From positions 1,892 through 65,891 of the forward strand of contig DATHSW010000003.1 of assembly GCA_035463855.1 (NCBI GenBank): a stretch of 64,000 bases of DNA, given 5' to 3'. The DNA is from Candidatus Deferrimicrobiaceae bacterium (GTDB taxonomy: Bacteria > Methylomirabilota > Methylomirabilia > Rokubacteriales > CSP1-6). Within the stretch, counting starts at the first letter, position 1; every line of letters starts with the position of its first letter. A program made the translations under genes and the position numbers. The notes beneath the pieces are model-generated. The model searched no databases and was not told the origin of the DNA. It saw only the letters and a list, made by a program, of their open reading frames with translations. Shown one piece after another: positions 25,604-35,869 of the stretch.

Positions 25604-27981
25604 GCCACCGGACCGGCGGCTGGGTCGGGCGGCCGGTGCCGCTCAAGGAGGACGCGCGCCTGGTCGCCGGCCGCGGCCGCTTCATCGACGATCTCGGCCG
25701 CGCGCGCATGCTCCACGCGGCCATGCTGCGGAGCCCGCACGCCCACGCGCGCATCGTCTCGATCGACACGCGCGGGGCGGAGGCGCTGCCCGGCGTCTTC
25801 GCGGTCCTCACCGGCGCGGAGGCGGCGGCGCGCTCGGGCCCCATCCGCCCGCTCATCCCCACCACCGCGGGAATTCCCGACTACTGCCTGGCGGTGGACC
25901 GTGCGCGCTACGTGGGCGAGCCGGTGGCCGCGGTGGCCGCGGTCGATCGCGCCACCGCCGAGGACGCGCTCGAGCGGATCCGGGTGCAGTACGAGCCGCT
26001 GCCGGTGGTGGTGGATCCCGAGGCGGCCATCGGGCCCGACGCCCCGCTGCTCTACCCGGAGCTCGGCACCAACGTAGTCTGGCACGACACGCTCACCTAC
26101 GGCCCGGTGGACGAGGCAATGGCGCGCGCGGACGGCGTCCTGCGCGAGCGGTTCACGATCCAGCGCTACGCCTCCACCCCGCTCGAGACCTTCGGCGGCA
26201 TCGCGGAGTACGACCCGGGCACCGACGTGTTCGAGTTCTGGACGAACGACCAGCGGCCGGGCCTCACGATCTCGGTGCTGGCCGCCTCGCTCGGGGTGCC
26301 GCAGTCGCGGGTGCGGCTCTCCTGCCCGGACATCGGCGGTGCCTTCGGCAACAAGCGCCGCCCGGCCTATCTCCTGATCTGCGCGCTGCTCGCCCGCAAG
26401 GCCGGCCGGCCCGTGAAGTGGATCGAGGACCGGATCGAGAACCTCACCGCGCTCATGCACGCGTGCAACGGGATCATGGACGTGGAGCTCGGCTACCGGG
26501 CCGACGGCACCGTGCTGGCCCTCGCGGTCCGCGACATCGCCGACGAGGGCAAGAACCTCATCACCCCGACCCAGCACAACCTCATCAAGCTCGGCAACAT
26601 CGCCAACGGCTACCGGATCCCCGCGGTGCGCTACGAGGCCTGGTCGGTGCTGACCAACAAGTGCCCGAGCGGCGCCAACCGCGGCATCGGCAAGCCGTTC
26701 ATGTGCTTCGCGATCGAGCGCGCGATGGCGCTGCTGGCCCGCCGCCTCGGAATGGATCCGGCCGAGCTGCGCCTGCGCAACTACGTGCCCGCGGCGCAGA
26801 TGCCCTACACCACGCCGCCGGGCGCCCAGTACGACAGCGGCGACTACCCGGCGACTCTTCACCGCGCTCTCGAGCGGTTCGGCTACACGGCCCGGCGGGC
26901 CGAGCAGGCGCGGGCGCGGAAGGAGGGGCGGCTGCTCGGCATCGGCATCGCCACCTCGGTGGAGCCGGCCGGCACCAACCTCGCCTCCTACGAGATCATC
27001 ACCGGCCGGCGGAGCGCATCGGGCTCGGCGGAAGCGGCGATGGTGCGGATGGAGCCGGACGGGCAGGTGCGGGTATCCATCGGCGATCCCGCGAGCGGCC
27101 AGGGCTACGAGACGGTGATCGCCCAGATCGTGGCCGACGAGCTCGGGCTCACCCCGGAGGCGGTCACGGTCACGCGCGGCTTCGACTCGGCGACCACGCC
27201 CTGGCTCTACCTCTCGGGCAACTACTCCAACAAGTTCTCGGTGACCGACGTGGGCGCGGTCGTGGGCGCGGCCGCGCGCGTGCGGGAGAAACTCCTGCGG
27301 CTGGCCGCGCACCGGCTGGAGGCGTCCGTCGCCGACCTCGAGCTGGGCGGGGGCGCGGTGGCGGTGCGCGGCGCGGCCGACCGGCGCCTCTCCTTCGCGG
27401 AGCTGGCGCGCACCGCCTACGCGGACGTGCTCGGCCTGCCGCCCGGAGAGGAGCCCGGGCTCGAGTCGCGCCACGCGCACCAGAACCCGCTCGCCCAGCC
27501 CATGGACGCCGACCGGCGGGTCCGCTCCCAGCTCGTCTTCGCCAACGCGGCGCACTGCTGCCTCGTCGAGGTGGACCGGCGCACCGGGCTGGTGAAGATC
27601 CTCAAGTACGTGGTCGTGCACGACTGCGGACGCGAGCTGAACCCGCTGATCGTGGAAGGCATGGTGCACGGGGCGACCGCGCACGGCATCGGGGCCGCGC
27701 TGCTCGAGGAGTTCCGCTACGACGCGCAGGGCCAGCTCCTCACCTCGACGTTCATGGACTATCTCAAGCCCACCTCGGTGGACGTGCCGCTCATCGAGGT
27801 GGACCGGCTCGAGCATCCCTCGCCGGTCACGCCGCTCGGGGCCAAGGGGGTGGGCGAGGGCGGCGCGATCCCCGGCCCCGCCGCGGTCGCGAACGCGGTG
27901 GAGGACGCGCTCGCGCATCTGGGCGTGGTGGTCCGCGCGCTGCCGATCACGCCGGAGCAGGTCTGGCGCTGGCTCCGGTGA
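25600..27981 (+). CDS. Molybdopterin-binding large subunit of the xanthine dehydrogenase family (CoxL-like)
   Basis: 793 aa from GTG 25600 (GTGA overlap with the small subunit). Aldehyde oxidase/xanthine dehydrogenase a/b-hammerhead and Moco-binding style sequence. Confidence 0.9.
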   Translation: MSHRTGGWVGRPVPLKEDARLVAGRGRFIDDLGRARMLHAAMLRSPHAHARIVSIDTRGAEALPGVFAVLTGAEAAARSGPIRPLIPTTAGIPDYCLAVDRARYVGEPVAAVAAVDRATAEDALERIRVQYEPLPVVVDPEAAIGPDAPLLYPELGTNVVWHDTLTYGPVDEAMARADGVLRERFTIQRYASTPLETFGGIAEYDPGTDVFEFWTNDQRPGLTISVLAASLGVPQSRVRLSCPDIGGAFGNKRRPAYLLICALLARKAGRPVKWIEDRIENLTALMHACNGIMDVELGYRADGTVLALAVRDIADEGKNLITPTQHNLIKLGNIANGYRIPAVRYEAWSVLTNKCPSGANRGIGKPFMCFAIERAMALLARRLGMDPAELRLRNYVPAAQMPYTTPPGAQYDSGDYPATLHRALERFGYTARRAEQARARKEGRLLGIGIATSVEPAGTNLASYEIITGRRSASGSAEAAMVRMEPDGQVRVSIGDPASGQGYETVIAQIVADELGLTPEAVTVTRGFDSATTPWLYLSGNYSNKFSVTDVGAVVGAAARVREKLLRLAAHRLEASVADLELGGGAVAVRGAADRRLSFAELARTAYADVLGLPPGEEPGLESRHAHQNPLAQPMDADRRVRSQLVFANAAHCCLVEVDRRTGLVKILKYVVVHDCGRELNPLIVEGMVHGATAHGIGAALLEEFRYDAQGQLLTSTFMDYLKPTSVDVPLIEVDRLEHPSPVTPLGAKGVGEGGAIPGPAAVANAVEDALAHLGVVVRALPITPEQVWRWLR

Positions 27982-29252
27982 GCGAGCCCGCGGCCGCGCT
28001 CCCGGCGCGCTGGCGCCTGCTGACCATCCTCACCGCGGCCTACGGCGCGGGCGCCTTCGGCATGCTCGGGATCTCGCCGCTGTCCCCGAGCCTGGTGGAA
28101 GGGCTCGGGCTCACCCGCTTCCAGGTCGCCTTCCTCGTTCCGTCCATCTATCTCTCCGGGCTTCTGTTCTCGCTGCCCGGCGGCCGGCTCGCCGATCGGC
28201 TCGGCGTGCGCCCCGCGTTCCTCGGCGGCCTCGCGGTGGGCGCGATCGGGCTCCTCGCCGCCGCGCTCGCGCCCGGCTTCCTCGCCTTCCTCTTCTGTCT
28301 CTTCGTGGCGGGCAGCGGCTGGAGCGTCGTGAACCCGGCGCTCGGCAAGGCCATCATGGACGCTTTCCCGGTCAGCGAGCGCGGGATCGCGATGGGCGTC
28401 AAGCAGATGGGCCTCACGGTGGGCGGCCTGATCTCGGCGCTGGCGCTGCCCGCCATCGCGGCCGCGCTGGGCTGGCGCTACGCGATCGGGGCCTGCTCGG
28501 TGATCGTGGCGGTGCCGGTGGCGCTCGGCTGGCGCCCGCTCGCCGCGTTCCGCACCGGGTCGCGCGGGATTTCGGTCACCGCCGGCGCGACCGACGCGGG
28601 GTCGACGTGGTGGTGGGCCCGGCGGCCCGCGCTGGTCATCTTCTTCGCGGCCGGCTTCGTGCTCGGCATGGTCCAGGGCGCGGTGCTGAGCTATCTGCCG
28701 CTCTTCACGATCCAGGCGCTCGGCTTCGACAAGATCGGCGCCGGGTTCCTGGTGGCCGCCTCGCAGGGAGGCGGGGCGGTATCCCGGCTGGTGCTGGGCG
28801 CGGCCAGCGATCGCTGGGCCACCGGCCGGCGCTCCCTCTGGCTCGCCTTCACGGGCGCCGTCGGCGCGGCCATCTTCCTGCTCTACGCGATCTGGCCCGC
28901 CTCCTCGGCCGGCGCGGCCGGCCTGCTCGCCTTCGCCGCCGGGGTCGGCGCCTACGGCTGGGTCGGCATCTTCTTCGTGATCAGCGCGGAGGCGGGTGGC
29001 CGGGGCCAGGCGGGGCTCCTGAGCGGCGTGGCCTTCGCCTCCATCGTACTCGGGCTCCTGGTGGGGCCGCCCGTCTTCGGCCTGCTGCTGGAGGGCTCCG
29101 ACTCCTACGCGGTCGCGTGGGCCGTCTTCGCCGCGCTCTCCGGTCTCGTCACCGTCGTCTCCCTCCTCGCCGGCCCCGCCATCGACCGCACCTCCCGATG
29201 GGGTCAGGTCTTACATTCCGACATCGCACCGCGTCGAAATGTCGGAATGTAA
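27978..29252 (+). CDS. MFS transporter
   Basis: About 12 hydrophobic segments, GGRLADRLG loop motif, GTGA overlap with the upstream gene. The last ~17 codons are supplied by the hairpin repeat at 29200-29263. Confidence 0.85.
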   Translation: MSEPAAALPARWRLLTILTAAYGAGAFGMLGISPLSPSLVEGLGLTRFQVAFLVPSIYLSGLLFSLPGGRLADRLGVRPAFLGGLAVGAIGLLAAALAPGFLAFLFCLFVAGSGWSVVNPALGKAIMDAFPVSERGIAMGVKQMGLTVGGLISALALPAIAAALGWRYAIGACSVIVAVPVALGWRPLAAFRTGSRGISVTAGATDAGSTWWWARRPALVIFFAAGFVLGMVQGAVLSYLPLFTIQALGFDKIGAGFLVAASQGGGAVSRLVLGAASDRWATGRRSLWLAFTGAVGAAIFLLYAIWPASSAGAAGLLAFAAGVGAYGWVGIFFVISAEAGGRGQAGLLSGVAFASIVLGLLVGPPVFGLLLEGSDSYAVAWAVFAALSGLVTVVSLLAGPAIDRTSRWGQVLHSDIAPRRNVGM

Positions 29253-29263
29253 GACCTGACCCC
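29200..29263. repeat. 64-bp perfect hairpin element (25-bp arms, 14-nt loop)
   Basis: GGGGTCAGGTCTTACATTCCGACAT ...loop... ATGTCGGAATGTAAGACCTGACCCC; A/T-richer than its surroundings. Confidence 0.85.
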
Positions 29264-29307
29264 GGTGCTATCATGCGGGGCACGTCACGCGCGAGGGAGC
29301 GCTCCCC

Positions 29308-30144
29308 ATGGGCTACGAGCAGATCCTGTACGAGGTGAAGGACCGCGTCGCCACCGTCACCCTGAATCGTCCCGACAAGCTGAACGCGTGGACCGCGGTG
29401 ATGGGGCGCGAGGTGCGGCAGGCCATGGACGAGGCCGCGCGCGACGAGGCGGTGCGCGTGATCGTGATGACCGGCGCCGGGCGCGGCTTCTGCGCGGGCG
29501 CGGACATGCAGCTGCTCTCCGGCATCGTGGACGCGGGCCGGCAGGAGACGGGCGACGCCGCGGCGGGGCACGAGCCCGCGGCCCCCGGCGGCGACGGGAC
29601 CATCCGTCCCGACTTCCGCGGCCCCTACGCCTATTTCCCGATGGTCCCCAAGCCGATCATCGCGGCGCTCAATGGCGCCACCGCCGGGCTCGGCCTCGTC
29701 GTCTCGCTCTACTGCGACCTGCGTATCGCCGCCGACAGCGCGGTGTTCACCACCGCGTTCTCGCGGCGCGGGCTCATCGCCGAGCACGGGGTGAGCTGGA
29801 TGCTGCCGCGCCTCGTGGGCCTGCAGCACGCGCTCGACCTGCTGCTCTCCGCCCGCAAGATCACCGCCGCGGAGGCGCTCGCGATGGGCCTGGTCGCCCA
29901 GGTGAGGCCGGCCGCGACGCTCCAGGCGGACGTGCGCGCCTACGCGCGCGAGCTGGCCGACCTGGTATCGCCGCGCTCGCTCCGGATCATGAAGCGCCAG
30001 CTCTGGGAGGCGCAGTTCCAGAGCCTCGCGGAGGCGACCGCGGTGGCCAACGAGGAGATGCAGCGGAGCTTCAGCACGGAGGACTTCAAGGAGGGCGTGG
30101 CCCACTTCGTCGAGAAGCGCCCGCCTCGCTTCACCGGGCGGTAG
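29308..30144 (+). CDS. Enoyl-CoA hydratase/isomerase (crotonase) family protein
   Basis: VATVTLNRPDKLNAW...VIVMTGAGRGFCAGAD oxyanion-hole motif. Confidence 0.9.
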   Translation: MGYEQILYEVKDRVATVTLNRPDKLNAWTAVMGREVRQAMDEAARDEAVRVIVMTGAGRGFCAGADMQLLSGIVDAGRQETGDAAAGHEPAAPGGDGTIRPDFRGPYAYFPMVPKPIIAALNGATAGLGLVVSLYCDLRIAADSAVFTTAFSRRGLIAEHGVSWMLPRLVGLQHALDLLLSARKITAAEALAMGLVAQVRPAATLQADVRAYARELADLVSPRSLRIMKRQLWEAQFQSLAEATAVANEEMQRSFSTEDFKEGVAHFVEKRPPRFTGR

Positions 30145-30147
30145 GCA

Positions 30148-30690
30148 ATGGCCCGCCTCGAGATCCTCCCGCCCGACGCGATCGCCGATCCCGAGCTGCG
30201 CCGGATGGCCGAGGCCTCCGGCGACGAGATGTACGGGGTGTACGGCCACTGCCCCGAGCTCTTCGCGGCCTTCCTGCGCTTCTACCGGCCGACCAAGTAT
30301 GGCGGCCGGCTGCCCTTCGCGCTGAAGGAGCTGGTGCGGCTCAAGATCGCCGCGCTCAACGAATGCACCCGCTGAGCCACCGCGCGCGAGCCCTCGGAGA
30401 GGGCGCCGGGGCTGTACGTCGAGCTGTTGCCGAAGCTCCGCGGGGAAACGGAGGCGACGGAGCGTGAGCGCGCCGCCCTCCGGTTCGCCGAGACGCTCGC
30501 CACCTCTCACACCACGATCGACGACGCGTTCATGACCGAGATGCGCAGGCACTACACCGACGCCGAGCTGGTGGAGCTGGGGTTGATCACCGGCGCCTTC
30601 ATCATGCTCGGGCGGCTGCACCGCACCTTCGGGGTGGCCCCGATGGGCCCCCGGAGTCACGCGGTCCTCCAACGGGGGTACCACCCATGA
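30148..30690 (+). CDS. Carboxymuconolactone decarboxylase (CMD/AhpD-like) family selenoprotein candidate (UGA 30373-30375 read as Sec)
   Basis: Track ORFs 30148..30375 and 30427..30690 share a frame. Read-through gives KIAALNEC-T-R-U-ATARE..., placing U at the second Cys position of the family's CxxC motif. The second half (ERERAALRFAETLA...ELVELGLITGAF) is typical CMD C-terminal sequence. ATGA overlap with the next gene. Confidence 0.65.
30390..30404 (+). promoter_or_regulatory. Candidate SECIS-like hairpin (weak)
   Basis: GCCCTC-GGA-GAGGGC: 6-bp stem with a G-rich loop; the loop starts 23 nt from the U of UGA. Confidence 0.3.
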
Positions 30691-31736
30691 CGTCCATCCG
30701 GACATCTCTCCTCGCGGCTCTCGTGATCATCCTCGCGCTCGGCCCGGCAGGGGGCGCTCCCGCGCTCGCGTTCGACGGCGAGCAGGCCCTCCACGAGGCG
30801 GCCAAGAAGGAGAAGGAGCTCACCTGGTACACCGCCCACTACAACTCGGAGACCGCGGCCGCGCTCTGCCAGGGCTTCGAGAAGAAGTACCCGGGCGTGA
30901 AGTGCAACTACATCCGCACCACCGCCCAGGTGGCCTACCAGCGGCTGGCCCAGGACCAGAAGGCGGGCATCGCCCAGGCCTCGGTGATCAGCTCCACCGA
31001 CCAGAGCCACTACACCAAGATGAAGCAGGACGGGTGGCTCCTGCCCTACAAGCCCAAGAACCTGCCCGAGCTGGTGGACGCCTTCCGCTCGTTCAACGAC
31101 CCGGACGGCCTCTTCACCGCGACCGCGGCCGGCCTGGTGCTGATCACCTACAACACCAGCGTGGTCTCTCCCGCGGAGGCGCCCAAGAAGTGGACCGACC
31201 TCGCCGATCCCAAGTGGAAGAACAAGGTCTCGATCGGCCACCCAGGCTTCAGCGGTTACGTGGGTACCTGGGTCGTCCAGATGAAGAAGCTCTACGGCTG
31301 GGACTACTTCAAGAAGCTCGAGCAGAACAAGCCCCGCATCGGCCGCTCGATCAACGACACCGTGACCATGCTGAACGCGAAGGAGTCCATCGTGGCCGCG
31401 GGGCCGTCGGCCACCACGCTCGAGAGCAAGGCGAAGGGCAATCCCCTCGCGGTGGTCTACCCGGAGGACGGCGCGATCCTGATGGTCTCCGCCTCCGGCA
31501 TCCTGAAGAACGCGCCCGCGCCCAACGCGGGCAAGCTCTTCATGGAGTACCTGCTGAGCCGCGAGGGCAACGAGGTGATGGTGCAGCAGCACCAGGACCC
31601 GGTGAACAAGCACGTGAAGCCGATGACGGGGGGCAAGTCGATCGCGGAGGTCAAGACCATCCGGCCGACCGCGGTCGAGATCGAGAAGGGCATTCCCGAG
31701 GTCAAGGAGCTGTTCCGCGAGACGTTCGGGATCTGA
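30687..31736 (+). CDS. ABC transporter substrate-binding protein (iron(III)/family-1 solute-binding type)
   Basis: Signal peptide followed by an SBP_bac_1/6-like sequence; sits upstream of the permease and ATPase genes. Confidence 0.9.
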   Translation: MTSIRTSLLAALVIILALGPAGGAPALAFDGEQALHEAAKKEKELTWYTAHYNSETAAALCQGFEKKYPGVKCNYIRTTAQVAYQRLAQDQKAGIAQASVISSTDQSHYTKMKQDGWLLPYKPKNLPELVDAFRSFNDPDGLFTATAAGLVLITYNTSVVSPAEAPKKWTDLADPKWKNKVSIGHPGFSGYVGTWVVQMKKLYGWDYFKKLEQNKPRIGRSINDTVTMLNAKESIVAAGPSATTLESKAKGNPLAVVYPEDGAILMVSASGILKNAPAPNAGKLFMEYLLSREGNEVMVQQHQDPVNKHVKPMTGGKSIAEVKTIRPTAVEIEKGIPEVKELFRETFGI

Positions 31737-31758
31737 GGGGGCGGGCTCCGATCACACC

Positions 31759-33435
31759 GTGAAGGACCGGTCCCTCGTCGTCTGGCTGCTCCTGATCGCG
31801 CTGCTGCTGGTGCTCGTGATCAACCCCCTCGCCCGCCTCCTGTGGGCGAGCTTCGAGCATCCGGAGACCGGCGCCTTCACGCTCGCCAACTACGCGGCGG
31901 CCTACGGCCGCTGGCGCAACATCGAAGCGCTGATCAACTCCCTGGTGGTCGGACTCGCGGCGGCCACGCTCTGTATCGTGTTCGGGGTGCCGATGGCCTG
32001 GGCGGTGTCCCGCACCGACATGCCGGCCAAGGGGCTGGTGTGGGCCGCGGTGCTCGGCACCTTCATCATGCCCAACTACCTGGGCGCGGTGGCCTGGATC
32101 CTGATGGCCGGCCCCAACGCGGGCTGGCTCAACCGCGTCTACACCGGGCTGACCGGGGCCGCGGCCGGCCCCTTCAACATCTACAGCAAGACCGGGCTCG
32201 TGCTCGTCATCGCGTGCTATTCGTTCCCCTACATGTTCGTGTTCACCCGCTCCGCCCTCGACCTCATCTCCTCGGAGATGGAGGACGCGGCGAGCACGCT
32301 GGGGGCTTCCGCGCTCCGCACCACGCTCCGGGTGACCCTGCCGCTCGCCCTGCCCGCGATCATGGGCGCCTTCATCGTGGAATTCCTGGAGGCGATCGCG
32401 CTCTTCGGGGCGCCCGCCCTCATCGCGCTGCCCGCCCGCTTCCAGGTCATGACCACCATGCTGTGGCAGATGTTCGAGTTCCCGCCGCGCCTGCAGGTGG
32501 CGGCCGCCTACGCGATGCCGCTGCTGCTGATCACGGTGTTCCTGTTCTGGCTGCAGTACCGCCTGATCGCCCGCAAGGGCTTCGTGTCCCTCACCGGCAA
32601 GGGCGGCGAGCGCCGCATGGTGCGCCTCGGTCCGTGGCGCTGGGTGCTGCTCGGCTACTGCCTCTTCGTGACCTCGCTCTCGTTCTTCGTGCCGATGGTG
32701 GTGGTGCTCCAGGCCGCCTTCGCGAAGGCCTGGGGCCGCGGCTTCGGATGGGACAACCTCACCCTGCGCAACGTGCGCTTCGTGCTCTTCGACCAGACCG
32801 CCACCCGCGCGGCCACCGTGAACACCTTCGTCTACGCGGCGACCGCCTCGGTCATCGCGCTCGGCCTGGCGCTGGCCATCGCCTACATCGTGGCCCGGCG
32901 GCTGGTGCCGATGGGCCGGGCGCTGACCTACGTGGCGATGGCGCCCTTCGTGATCCCGGGCATCGTGCTCGCCATCGGCTTCTACGCCGCCTACACCGCG
33001 AAGCCCCTGGTGCTCTACGGCACCGCGTGGATCCTCATCCTGGCCTTCGCCACCCGCTTCCTGCCCATCGCGTACACCAACAGCGACGCGTCGCTGCGCA
33101 GCATCAACCCCGAGCTCGAGGACGCGGCCCGGATCCTGGGCGGCAGCCGGCTCCTGGCCCTGCGCCGCGTGGTGGCCCCGCTGCTCAAGCGCGGGCTCGC
33201 GGGTGCCTTCATCCTCGTCTTCATCCCGGCCACCCGTGAGCTGTCCTCCGCCATCTTCCTCTACACCACCGGCACGCAGGTGCTCTCGGTTCTGCTCTTC
33301 GACAAGAGCGACGAGGGCAACTTCGAGGTGCTCTCCTCGATGGGCCTGATCCTGGTGGTGGGCACGGTGGCGCTCGTGCTCGCGGGCTTCCGTCTGGTCG
33401 GCCGTGACTTCCTGCTGCGGAGGACCGCCTCGTGA
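31759..33435 (+). CDS. ABC transporter permease (fused double BPD-type domain)
   Basis: 558 aa; two repeats of the EAA-loop permease architecture ([10 protein letters not shown]... and [10 protein letters not shown]...). Confidence 0.9.
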   Translation: MKDRSLVVWLLLIALLLVLVINPLARLLWASFEHPETGAFTLANYAAAYGRWRNIEALINSLVVGLAAATLCIVFGVPMAWAVSRTDMPAKGLVWAAVLGTFIMPNYLGAVAWILMAGPNAGWLNRVYTGLTGAAAGPFNIYSKTGLVLVIACYSFPYMFVFTRSALDLISSEMEDAASTLGASALRTTLRVTLPLALPAIMGAFIVEFLEAIALFGAPALIALPARFQVMTTMLWQMFEFPPRLQVAAAYAMPLLLITVFLFWLQYRLIARKGFVSLTGKGGERRMVRLGPWRWVLLGYCLFVTSLSFFVPMVVVLQAAFAKAWGRGFGWDNLTLRNVRFVLFDQTATRAATVNTFVYAATASVIALGLALAIAYIVARRLVPMGRALTYVAMAPFVIPGIVLAIGFYAAYTAKPLVLYGTAWILILAFATRFLPIAYTNSDASLRSINPELEDAARILGGSRLLALRRVVAPLLKRGLAGAFILVFIPATRELSSAIFLYTTGTQVLSVLLFDKSDEGNFEVLSSMGLILVVGTVALVLAGFRLVGRDFLLRRTAS

Positions 33436-34508
33436 GCCGCCTGGTCCTCACCGAGGTGAGCCGCCGCTTCGGCAGCGTGACCGCGGTGGACCGCTTCAGC
33501 CTCTCCCTGGCCCAGGGCGAGTTCGTCTCGCTGCTCGGGCCCTCCGGCTGCGGCAAGACCACCACGCTGCGGATGATCGCCGGGTTCCTCGAGCCGAGCG
33601 CGGGCACCATCGAGATGGACGGCCGCACGATCTCCTCGCCCGCCTCGACCCTGCCGCCCGAGAAGCGCGGCATGTCCATGATCTTCCAGAGCTACGCGAT
33701 CTGGCCGAACATGACGGTGGCCGAGAACGTGGCCTTCGGCCTGGAAGTCCGGCGCCTCCCCAGGGCGGAGATCCGCACCCGGGTGGACAAGATCCTGGAC
33801 GTGGTGCAGATGGGGCATCTCGGCGGGCGGTATCCTCAAGAACTGTCGGGCGGCCAGCAGCAACGCGTGGCGCTGGCCCGCGCCATCGTGGTGCAACCCG
33901 CGGTGCTCCTGCTCGACGAGCCGCTCAGCAACCTCGACGCGAACCTGCGCGAGGAGATGCGCTACGAGATCCGGCGCCTCCACGACGAGTTCCACATCAC
34001 CACCGTCTACGTCACCCACGACCAGGCCGAGGCCATGGTCACCTCCGACCGGATCGCGGTCATGCACCAGGGGCGGATCGAGCAGGTGGACGCCCCCCGC
34101 GCGCTCTACGCGCGCCCGCGCACCCGATTCGTGGCGGGCTTCATCGGCCGCACCAACTTTCTGGACGGCGACGTGCGGGGCGAGGCGATCGTCTTCGACC
34201 AGTTCGAGATCCCCCGGCGGGTATTCGCGGATCCGCAGGCGCTTCAGGGCCGGGTGAGCTTCTCGCTGCGGCCGCAGTCCATCGTGCTGCATCGCCAGCC
34301 GCCCGCTGCCTCCGAGCGCGGCGCGATCGTGCCGGGCGTGGTGACCCAGCGTGCGTACCTCGGCGAGCACTGGGACTACACGGTGCGGCCCGCGGGGAGC
34401 GCGCTGGCGCTCCGGGTCACCGGCCGCCCGCACGAGGTCTTCGAGGTGGAGGAGAAGGTCTGGCTCGAGCTGGACCCGCGTCAGATGGCGCCGCTCCTGC
34501 CCGAGTGA
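33432..34508 (+). CDS. ABC transporter ATP-binding protein (PotA/FbpC-like)
   Basis: GPSGCGKTT Walker [15 protein letters not shown] signature, LLLDEP Walker B and a C-terminal TOBE-like domain. Confidence 0.9.
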   Translation: MSRLVLTEVSRRFGSVTAVDRFSLSLAQGEFVSLLGPSGCGKTTTLRMIAGFLEPSAGTIEMDGRTISSPASTLPPEKRGMSMIFQSYAIWPNMTVAENVAFGLEVRRLPRAEIRTRVDKILDVVQMGHLGGRYPQELSGGQQQRVALARAIVVQPAVLLLDEPLSNLDANLREEMRYEIRRLHDEFHITTVYVTHDQAEAMVTSDRIAVMHQGRIEQVDAPRALYARPRTRFVAGFIGRTNFLDGDVRGEAIVFDQFEIPRRVFADPQALQGRVSFSLRPQSIVLHRQPPAASERGAIVPGVVTQRAYLGEHWDYTVRPAGSALALRVTGRPHEVFEVEEKVWLELDPRQMAPLLPE

Positions 34509-35047
34509 CGCTGATCCTCCTCAACAAGCCCTACGGCGTGCTCTGCCAATTCACGGACGAGGCGGGGCGGCCGACGCTGGCCGATCACGTGCCGGTGCGC
34601 GGCGTCTACCCGGCCGGGCGCCTCGACCACGACAGCGAAGGGCTCGTGCTCCTCACCGACGACGGCGCGCTCCAGGCGCGCCTGGCCGATCCGCGCTTCG
34701 GAACCGAGAAGATCTACTGGGCGCAGGTGGAAGGGACGCCCACCGCCGAGGCACTCGAGCGCCTGCGGACGGGCGTCGCGCTGAAAGACGGCAAGACGCG
34801 GCCGGCTCGGGTGACGGCCATCACGGAACCGCCGGGGCTCTGGCCCCGCGAGCCGCCGATCCGCGTCCGGGCCGCGATCCCCACCGCGTGGCTCGAGATC
34901 GCGCTCCGCGAGGGGCGCAACCGGCAGGTGCGGCGGATGACCGCGGCGGTGGGGCATCCCACGCTGCGGCTGATCCGGGTTGCGGTGGGGCCGTACAAGC
35001 TCGGGGAGCTGGGGCCGGGGGAGTGGCGGGAGGCAGTTCCTTCTTGA
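34505..35047 (+). CDS. rluE: 23S rRNA pseudouridine synthase RluE
   Basis: [23 protein letters not shown]...[24 protein letters not shown]...KIYWAQVEG...[23 protein letters not shown] closely parallels E. coli RluE as recalled. Confidence 0.88.
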   Translation: MTLILLNKPYGVLCQFTDEAGRPTLADHVPVRGVYPAGRLDHDSEGLVLLTDDGALQARLADPRFGTEKIYWAQVEGTPTAEALERLRTGVALKDGKTRPARVTAITEPPGLWPREPPIRVRAAIPTAWLEIALREGRNRQVRRMTAAVGHPTLRLIRVAVGPYKLGELGPGEWREAVPS

Positions 35048-35062
35048 GACCTCTTGAGCAGG

Positions 35063-35329
35063 CTACTCCACGCCGCGATACCAGCCGGCGGGAGCCGGAT
35101 CCCATTGCTTCTCGCGCGTCCAGCCCTTCGCGGCGAGGCAGCTGCGGTAGCGGGGCGCATCCACGATACCGTGCGCGGCGGCGGTCGGGTTCTCCGCGGC
35201 CCCGCGCGCGCACTCGCGGCTATCCCGCTCGAACTGGGCGGCCTCGCCTCCCGGGCGCGACCAGTAGTACCGCGCGCAGCCCGAGGCGGTGATCAGGACG
35301 AGCAGCAGCAGGCCGGCCCGCGATCTCAT
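35063..35329 (-). CDS. Small lipoprotein
   Basis: MRSRAGLLLLVLITASGC lipobox; 88 aa. The track ORF to 35683 is an extension. Confidence 0.6.
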   Translation of the reverse strand: MRSRAGLLLLVLITASGCARYYWSRPGGEAAQFERDSRECARGAAENPTAAAHGIVDAPRYRSCLAAKGWTREKQWDPAPAGWYRGVE

Positions 35330-35859
35330 TTCAGGAGATCGCCGAACTTCGGGTCGTGCACCAGCTTGCCGATCAGGAGCTGGACCGCGGGCGCGAAGGA
35401 CTTCGCGGTGCGCGCGCAGGCCGTCTCCCCGATGTAGGTGAAGCCATAGGTGTACTTGTTGGCCACCGTCAGGGACTGCCCGTTCGAGGACGTGACCGTG
35501 AGGTCGAGCATCCATTCGCCGGCCATCGAATCGAAGTCCACCTTGTTGACGCGGCCGCTGAGCGTGACCGGGGCGGACCCGGCGAGCAGCTCGGCGACGG
35601 TCAGCTCGTCGATCAGGGCCTTGCGGATCCACTCCTCGAACGGTTGATCGTCCGGAGTCTTGATGGGGCCGACCCCACGGCACGCGATCTCCTTCTTGCC
35701 CGGCTCGGCCGCGGTGAAGGGCCCCACCGCCACCTTGCTCCCGCCGAGCTTCTTGAGCGCCGCGTTGTTCTCGACCGACACCCCGTAGCGCCCGACGTCG
35801 AAGGTCGCGCAGCCGCCGAGGACGACGACCGTGATCAGGATCGCGAGGAACCCGCGCAT
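35326..35859 (-). CDS. Lipoprotein, unknown function
   Basis: MRGFLAILITVVVLGGC lipobox; 177 aa; overlaps the downstream lipoprotein gene by 4 nt. Confidence 0.7.
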   Translation of the reverse strand: MRGFLAILITVVVLGGCATFDVGRYGVSVENNAALKKLGGSKVAVGPFTAAEPGKKEIACRGVGPIKTPDDQPFEEWIRKALIDELTVAELLAGSAPVTLSGRVNKVDFDSMAGEWMLDLTVTSSNGQSLTVANKYTYGFTYIGETACARTAKSFAPAVQLLIGKLVHDPKFGDLLK

Positions 35860-35869
35860 GGCACCCCCC

